Source: a virus (Duplodnaviria > Caudoviricetes). From it: a stretch of 64,000 bases of DNA. Shown piece after piece: positions 57,450-64,000 of this stretch. Location of the stretch: positions 64,001-128,000 of IMG/VR virus record IMGVR_UViG_3300031992_000016. One strand, written 5' to 3'. A program made the translations under genes and the position numbers. The notes below the pieces were generated by a model, which saw only the letters and a program-made list of their open reading frames with translations, did not search any database and was not told where the DNA came from. The first letter of the stretch is position 1; each line of letters opens with the position of its first letter.

Positions 57450-60256
57450 AATGAGGTTCCTCCTATATTTTTACGTGTCGGTTTTTTCCCGCTATCTGCA
57501 TAAGTTACACCAGTTGTATAAGCATGATTATTTAATATCAAAGTTTCATCTGCTAAAGAATTGTCTTTATACGCATCAATATTATAAATATCAATATCTG
57601 ATAAAGCAGATGTTATATTGCCCCAAATTGCTTTCAAGGCTTTAGAATAATCATATAAAGCACGATTATATGTAATAATTAATTCATTGTAGTGCGTAAC
57701 CCACTGATACTGTAAAGCATGCAAACTTTCATCGGTATTCTCCCAACTTTGTGGAGAATGAATAAAAGTTTGTAATTCTCGTTTTGCGCGAATATAATTA
57801 TCATAGTAATGTTGAGTATCATCTCTATGAGTTTGGTAAATTGCTTCTTGTGTTTGACAAGAAATTTCTACCAAAACACCATTACCAGCAGTAATTTTCG
57901 TTGGAATTGATTTAAACTATGTAAATAACTAAGTCCCTCTTAAAGAATCTAAATTTAAATTAATTACACTGCCATCTTCAAACTAAAGCTAAGCGGTATA
58001 ATCAATATGGGAACCTGCGCCATATCCATAATAATAATACGTATTTTCATTTTCTTTATCTGGACCTTTTGTCACAAAAATGTGTGGATCCATTGTGGTT
58101 CCTACACTATCTAATACAAAATAAGGTATTAATATATCGCCTCGATAATATACTCCATCATGATACTATAATGTAGTATTATCTTTAATATATTCAGTTG
58201 CCTAAACTGACTAACCTGTAAAACGTGAAAATTTTAATTTATATAAACGTGAAATTGGCAACATGCAATCCAATAAATTGACTTGTGGCCCTAAGCCCCA
58301 ACGTTGAATACAAAGTTCTTCTACTGGGTTACAATAATTTACGGTATTAAAATCAGATTTTGTAATTGCGCCTACCGTTACTACTCCATTATATAAAGTA
58401 TCGTAAATGGAAGCTGGCTCCTAAACACGTCCAATAGTAATCTCTTTAATTAAAGACCCTGTTGGTAATGTTAAAGCATAATACCCAGTTGCGCCAATAG
58501 TAATATGTCGATAATCAGTAGTTATACCATCTACCCCAACGATACGTAAATTAAACATAGTGCCAGGAACACAATTTTCAATTTTTAAAGAGCCAACACC
58601 CTCATATACATTTAAACTTGGTGTTTCTACATTTTGATTTTTAAATACGTCAGTTAATGAAATAGTATAATATGTAAATGTTTGATGTACCGCGGCACTA
58701 GTAGAAGTACCATCATAAGGTGCTTTATATAACCCAAATTTAATTAAATCATTTAAATCATCAGCATTACCGCATTCACTAGCTTGTGACTAAAACGTAT
58801 GTAGCATACGTGAAACACTATCATTAGGTGTTAATGAACTATTCATTAGATATACAATATAATTGCCTTCACCTGGGCTTTTTAATAATTTTGGTTTGCC
58901 ATTACTTAACCACTATAAAGCTGTCATATTAAAGCGTCGTTCAAGTGTAAGATTTTCATCTGTAATATCTGTTTCATCTTCATGATTACCATAGCCTAGT
59001 TCTTCTCTTGAATAAAAATAGCCATCTCTATCCATGAGATAACTTAATAAACCAGATAGCTAAAATTCTTTATAATCTACAACGCCATTTCTAAAATATT
59101 TTGGATATTTAGAACCTATTGTATTTTTTTTCGATTCATTCAAAGTGCGTTTAAATGCAGTAACTTTAGGATTAAAACGTATATCTAATTGACGTTCTCC
59201 ATCCCATAAAAATAAATCTTCAAAATATGCAGTTACATCATTTGAAATAGTACGACGTGAGTAAAGACCACGACTATTATACTGTCGCACTGAATAACGA
59301 TATGTTACACCATGTTCTACCATAAAATCAGTATAAAAATACTAACCAGTAACCATATCTTCTGTTAAAGAAAAATTAAATAATTTGGTCCAACTACCAA
59401 AATTATCTTTTGAACTAGAACGTGAAAATTCATATCGTCCAGCATTTGTGTCAAAAATAGCATTATATTTAATTTTGATAAGACCATTGTCATAATCTAA
59501 AACTGCTTTTAAAGGTGCGCGAGTATCACTTGGCAATCCTGTCCCGGCAATAATAGTATACCAAGGAGAAGATATTTCCTAGAATGAATTAGTCTATACT
59601 ACATAACGTAAAAGATAGTATTCATCAACAATTAAAATTTTACCAAGAGACCAATGATCTTCACTACGCCCAGCTTCTGTATCGCCATATTCAGCATGAG
59701 GCTACCATCCACTAGATTCTATTAATTCATATGATGATGAATATAAATCAAATTTATATTGATAAACAACTTCCGTGGTATCACTATTTAAATATTCACC
59801 AGTAAATTCTTGGAAGTCATAATTATTACCAAAAGAATCTAAACCAACTATATTGACAGTAATATCATTTGTACATTTAACAATAGCAACAGTCGAATAA
59901 TATCCACAAGCGTTATCTTTATCTATAAAAGCAATTTGTATTTTATATGATTGGCCTATTGATAATCTCTGTCGCCAAGGTAATAAAGAAAATACTGCAA
60001 CTAATGAATCTTCCGCGGTACTTGTACTAGTAATTGGATATATGTTTGGCGCTTCAGTATTAACATTTAAATCTACTTCACATAAAATGGTATCAGTATT
60101 TGTTGTACGTAATCTCATACGCAAACCTGTTACTTGTGATGCCGCAACCGCACGATTCATTGAAAAAGGGACCCTTAATAAGGGTCCCTTTGAATAAATC
60201 ATTGAAGGTAAAGTACCAGCTATAACAGGCGGATAAAGCTTTGTTGTAGCCGGCAT
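57446..60256 (-). CDS. tail/baseplate protein (Dit/FN3-like regions), ~936 aa, many TAG
   Basis: Four track fragments in frame; KLYPPVIAGTLP, YRYSVRQY, TIGSKYP, KLLKSPGEGN. Confidence 0.65.
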
Positions 60257-60259
60257 CGC

Positions 60260-60649
60260 TTACTCCTCCTCATCAATTATCAATTCTAAACCTGCAACCT
60301 GTTTAGGTGTAAATTCAAATTTTTCAAAGTCCTCAGCTTTAAGTTTCTTCAAATCTACATCTACTGTAAAATCATTTAAAGCTTTTCTGGCTTCTTGACA
60401 TTCTTCAATCATGTCCTCTTTAATTTTGAAAACTCCAGGCGCAGATTCAACAAATTGCTGCGTCTCAGGATCAATCTCTAAATACTTCATTGCAAATTCA
60501 CGTTCTTGTTCAGTGAAAAATTCATTTTCCTTTTCTAATAGTTTAATATTCTTAGCAAATACTAAACTAATCTTAAAAGGTAATTTCATCTCTTGCAATT
60601 CACGTAAAGTATTAAGTAAATCCATTGTTTGAATACTATTTAAAGTCAT
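60260..60649 (-). CDS. small acidic helical protein (possible tail chaperone)
   Basis: AGGAGG RBS; LPFKIS...KNIKLLE; no TAG. Confidence 0.6.
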   Translation of the reverse strand: MTLNSIQTMDLLNTLRELQEMKLPFKISLVFAKNIKLLEKENEFFTEQEREFAMKYLEIDPETQQFVESAPGVFKIKEDMIEECQEARKALNDFTVDVDLKKLKAEDFEKFEFTPKQVAGLELIIDEEE

Positions 60650-60679
60650 ATCCTTTTCCTCCTAAAAGTAGTTATAATA

Positions 60680-63600
60680 TTAACCTGCTGCTTCTGCTAT
60701 ACCATTAATTGAACCATTACATGTTCCATGTTCTGGGACAGAAACTGAACATGCACCACTAACATGATGCGCATGTGATTTATTTGCTTTGTTACTAATA
60801 TCGCTTTCAGTTTTAGTAACTCGTGTTTCAAGCGATGTTACACCTGATTTTATTTCTTGTGCAGTTTGAGCCGCGCTGTCTGCGGTTGATTTACTATCTT
60901 GCATCATGCTCCAGATGTCATTTTTAGTATGCTCTCCATCAAATGATAAACCTTTGCCTATAATTTCATTTAATCCCTCTGGACCACCGGCAAGTGCCTA
61001 AATGACTTTTGTTAGATTACCCATACTACCATTTATTTTACTTGCCAATGATGAAATTTGTCCCGCTAAATCAGCCAATTTTTGATTAACATAATTTAAT
61101 GATGCATAAATGCCATCTGGTCCATAACAACCTAAACCAGCATAAACTTTCTAAGTAGCATTAACCCACTATGCTGCTAAATTCCACTTATATAATAAAC
61201 CATAAATTTCAGTTGAATAATTAATTAAATTACTAGTTGGTGTTAAAATGATATGCTATTTACGAGTTTCTTCACTATCACTCGCTGTTTCAGCATAAGA
61301 AATAACATTACCTTCATTATCGACATATTCTTTCCATCCTGCTACGGCAGAAAAACCTAAATATTGATGGTCATGAGAAAGATTATGCGCTTTCATATAT
61401 GAATTGTCAGTATTTAAAATAAAACGTAATTCAGAACCATATAATACATAATTACCAGAAACAATCTTATCAGCATCAGTTAAAGTTATTTCAACACCTT
61501 CCGCGGTCGTACCAAGCCCTTGCTCTGTATCCCATGTTGTTGGTAACTATGTGCGACCTAAAATTGCCATTAATACATCATTCTCAGAATAATCATATGT
61601 ATGACTATCAAAACCATTACCTACTTGCTAACGAATTAAACCAGCTGTAACTTTTGTAGTTCCACTACTATCTGAGGAATATGTCGTACCACTGTAACTA
61701 CTTGGACCCAACGTTACTGCGCTTTTTTGATTCCATGTAATATATTCAAATGGTCCGCTATAGTCCTGACTTGAAATTTTAAATCCGACCAATTCAATTT
61801 CACCATTATCATCATATACACCAATAGATACTCTATTTTGTTTACCATCTAATACCACATTATTATGATAAAGATTAATAGTACCAGATTGACCATTTAA
61901 TTCAATAGCAGGATAATAATTCGTATCATAAATAGTTTCGCCCCATTCATCTTTTGCAGGCACCATTACTGGCTAATCATTTTCATCTACCATAGGCTGA
62001 TTATTATCATCAACAGCCTATACCATATGCACTTCACGTTTCATACATTCGCCTAAACGAATTGTACCTTTTGTACCGTCAATTGCTATGTTATATCCAC
62101 CGGTCTATACATAAGTCGGTCCATTAACATGTGGTTCAATATCAACGACATACGACTCTAATAAACCATTATGATAATACTCAAGAGGAATTTGTGTAGC
62201 ATATACAATGTGTCCAGTTTCAGCATGTATCTCATATGGAATATCTGGTAAATCAATACGCCGAAGCATACGATCGGCATAATGAAGAGTTGGATCATAA
62301 TAAAATCCCATACGCGCAAATGTATTTTCTGCTCCACCAGCACCACTTTCTAACAAAATAGATTTATTAAGTAAAGCAAAATAAGGGTATTTAACGCCTG
62401 CGCTGCCGTTAATCATGCCTACATCTAATTCTGCAACAAATGAATTAGATTCTGTACGAATATATTGTCCTAAAGAATTCTTTTTACGACGACCAGTTTC
62501 ATCATAAACATAATCCTACAATCTTATTGTACTGTATAATTTTGTATCTGTAAAACCCCAGCCACCAATAGTACCACTTTCAGCATATAAATCACCGTTA
62601 TAATCTACACTAAAAGTGCCTCGATTCTATTTAGACATTGGTTGTCCTGCTGGACCACTCCAAATATAATAATTACCTACATCATCTGCATTATTTAAAC
62701 TACTACTTGAATTTAAAGAAGCATAAACTAAATCAATTTCTTTTTCATGTTCTTTTAAATTGATAATTTCTCCATTATTTATATAAATAAACTTATATCT
62801 GTATTGCTCAATATAACCATCAGTATATAATATTTTATGTAAAGGAATCATTGTATTTAAATAATAGAAAATATTTGTTAAATTTTCTGGCTAGACCCAT
62901 CTGCCTTCTTCTACTTGTACTTGCGCAACATCATCTCTAAATAGTAGATAATTAGATTTTATTTCACCCTCAGCCTAGTGTGTTGCAATGGCAGGGAAGA
63001 AATGCTCTAATAATGTTGGTATTTCAGGATATTCATTTCGTAATATAATTAATAAATATTTATGAACATACTATAAAATTGACTCATATGTAATACCAAT
63101 CTAAATACCACTAGTTAAAACTTGCGTCGTAGATCCATCTTGTAATGTAATAGAAGAAGTTAATAATTTATTAATTTCTGTTAATAAACTATGATCCTCA
63201 CAAATCATGCCAAATTTACTTAAATTATCAGGCGCTAAATAGATTTCTTTAATAAGATATAAATATAATTCTTCGGCAAATTCTCTATTAGTAGAAGTCT
63301 TATTTCCAACTCCTAGATATATTTTACTATTATTTTTTTTCTTTGTCAAGCCTGCGTCAGTAATCTACCAGCCGCCGATATCACCCCAACCAGCACGAAT
63401 ACCGCCGCTCATAAATACACCACGATGTGGATCAACAGCGAATACATCTTTAGTTTCTGCTATTGACAATAAATCATTCCAATTTACATTCGCTGCATTT
63501 ATGTCGCTCTTTTCACTTTCAGTGTATAAAAAATAAGGGCTATATCCTTTTGATTTAATATCATATAAATTATCAGTAATTATATCAGTCTTTTTAGGAT

Positions 63601-64000
63601 TTAAATTAATATAAGACGTCATGTTAGCGTTGCTAATAATGCCAGCATGCTTATTAATATAAATACGTCCTGCGCCAGCAGCACCAAAAAATGCTTCACC
63701 GCTAGTTAATAATCCATATGTTTGTGCGCCAGCCTTAAAACCATAAATACCAGGAGTATCAATACTACCATCGTTAATATCACTAGACCAATCACCCATC
63801 AACATACCAGTAAAGGCATTATTTGAATCTTTAGAGCCAACGACAATACGTTTAGACAAAGATGTATTGTTATTATTATCAATGGTAATTTCTGTACCGC
63901 CCCAAGCATTTACTAATGAAGAACAATAAACTTGCCGTTCAAATACAATTGCTTGAGTAACCCAAGTACCATCACGCAATTTTACACTTAAATAAGCGTG
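60680..64000 (-). CDS. large tail/central-spike protein, 3' part (>1100 aa, start outside window)
   Basis: Six track fragments in one frame across TAG; GxIGGW repeats; C-terminal coiled coil plus SHAHH. Confidence 0.7.

Noticed and set aside
150-60632. Short opposite-strand or alternate-frame track ORFs (e.g. 1156..1395, 11169..11555, 36363..36626, 46304..46648, 60411..60632)
   Set aside because: Shadows of well-supported genes, lacking RBS or motifs.
18405-64000. Decayed prophage or mass pseudogenisation
   Set aside because: Breaks checked are all in-frame TAG with no frameshifts, and motifs, RBSs and gene coupling are intact.
1-64000. TGA recoding, or pyrrolysine at TAG
   Set aside because: TGA ends genes at expected C-termini, often in ATGA overlaps. 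TAG is widespread in unrelated proteins at Gln-compatible sites, and no pyl genes are visible.
1-64000. tRNA/suppressor tRNA, CRISPR array, integrase, IS element
   Set aside because: Intergenic gaps are short, and no cloverleaf, spaced direct repeats or recombinase/transposase motifs were seen by eye; a tRNAscan run would still be worthwhile.

Overview
A 64-kb segment of a large lytic tailed phage, probably infecting an anaerobic Firmicute/Clostridia host (SpoIID+NlpC/P60+SH3 lysin, NrdD/NrdG, SigA-type promoters). The phage appears to read TAG as a sense codon, most likely Gln (genetic code 15). The supplied ORF track therefore fragments most genes after 12.3 kb; the fragments share a frame and join across TAG, and every true gene end is TAA or TGA. 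The + strand (1-17678) carries replication and nucleotide genes: Sak4-like ATPase, DnaB, primase, RecJ, RecD-like helicase, DnaE, Gmk, NrdD/G, dUTPase, RuvC-like resolvase. The first 12.2 kb contains no in-frame TAG. The - strand (17728-64000) carries the tail/baseplate module, with three hidden giant proteins (about 1986, 2612 and 2681 aa, the last with a CotH-kinase-like domain), followed by the lysis cassette. Most notable: (1) a 34-aa Cx3Cx3C peptide coupled to a radical SAM/Twitch enzyme, between the tail fibre and the lysin (candidate phage RiPP or peptide-modification system); (2) a three-domain endolysin with two internal in-frame RBS/start sites at domain boundaries, each with TAG at codon 4; (3) a TAG-dense membrane gene overlapping the lysin; (4) a recurring 48-bp non-SigA upstream motif. 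No tRNA, CRISPR array, integrase or reverse transcriptase was seen. Joined gene models rest on frame arithmetic and partial manual translation, so a code-15 re-translation is needed to confirm them.
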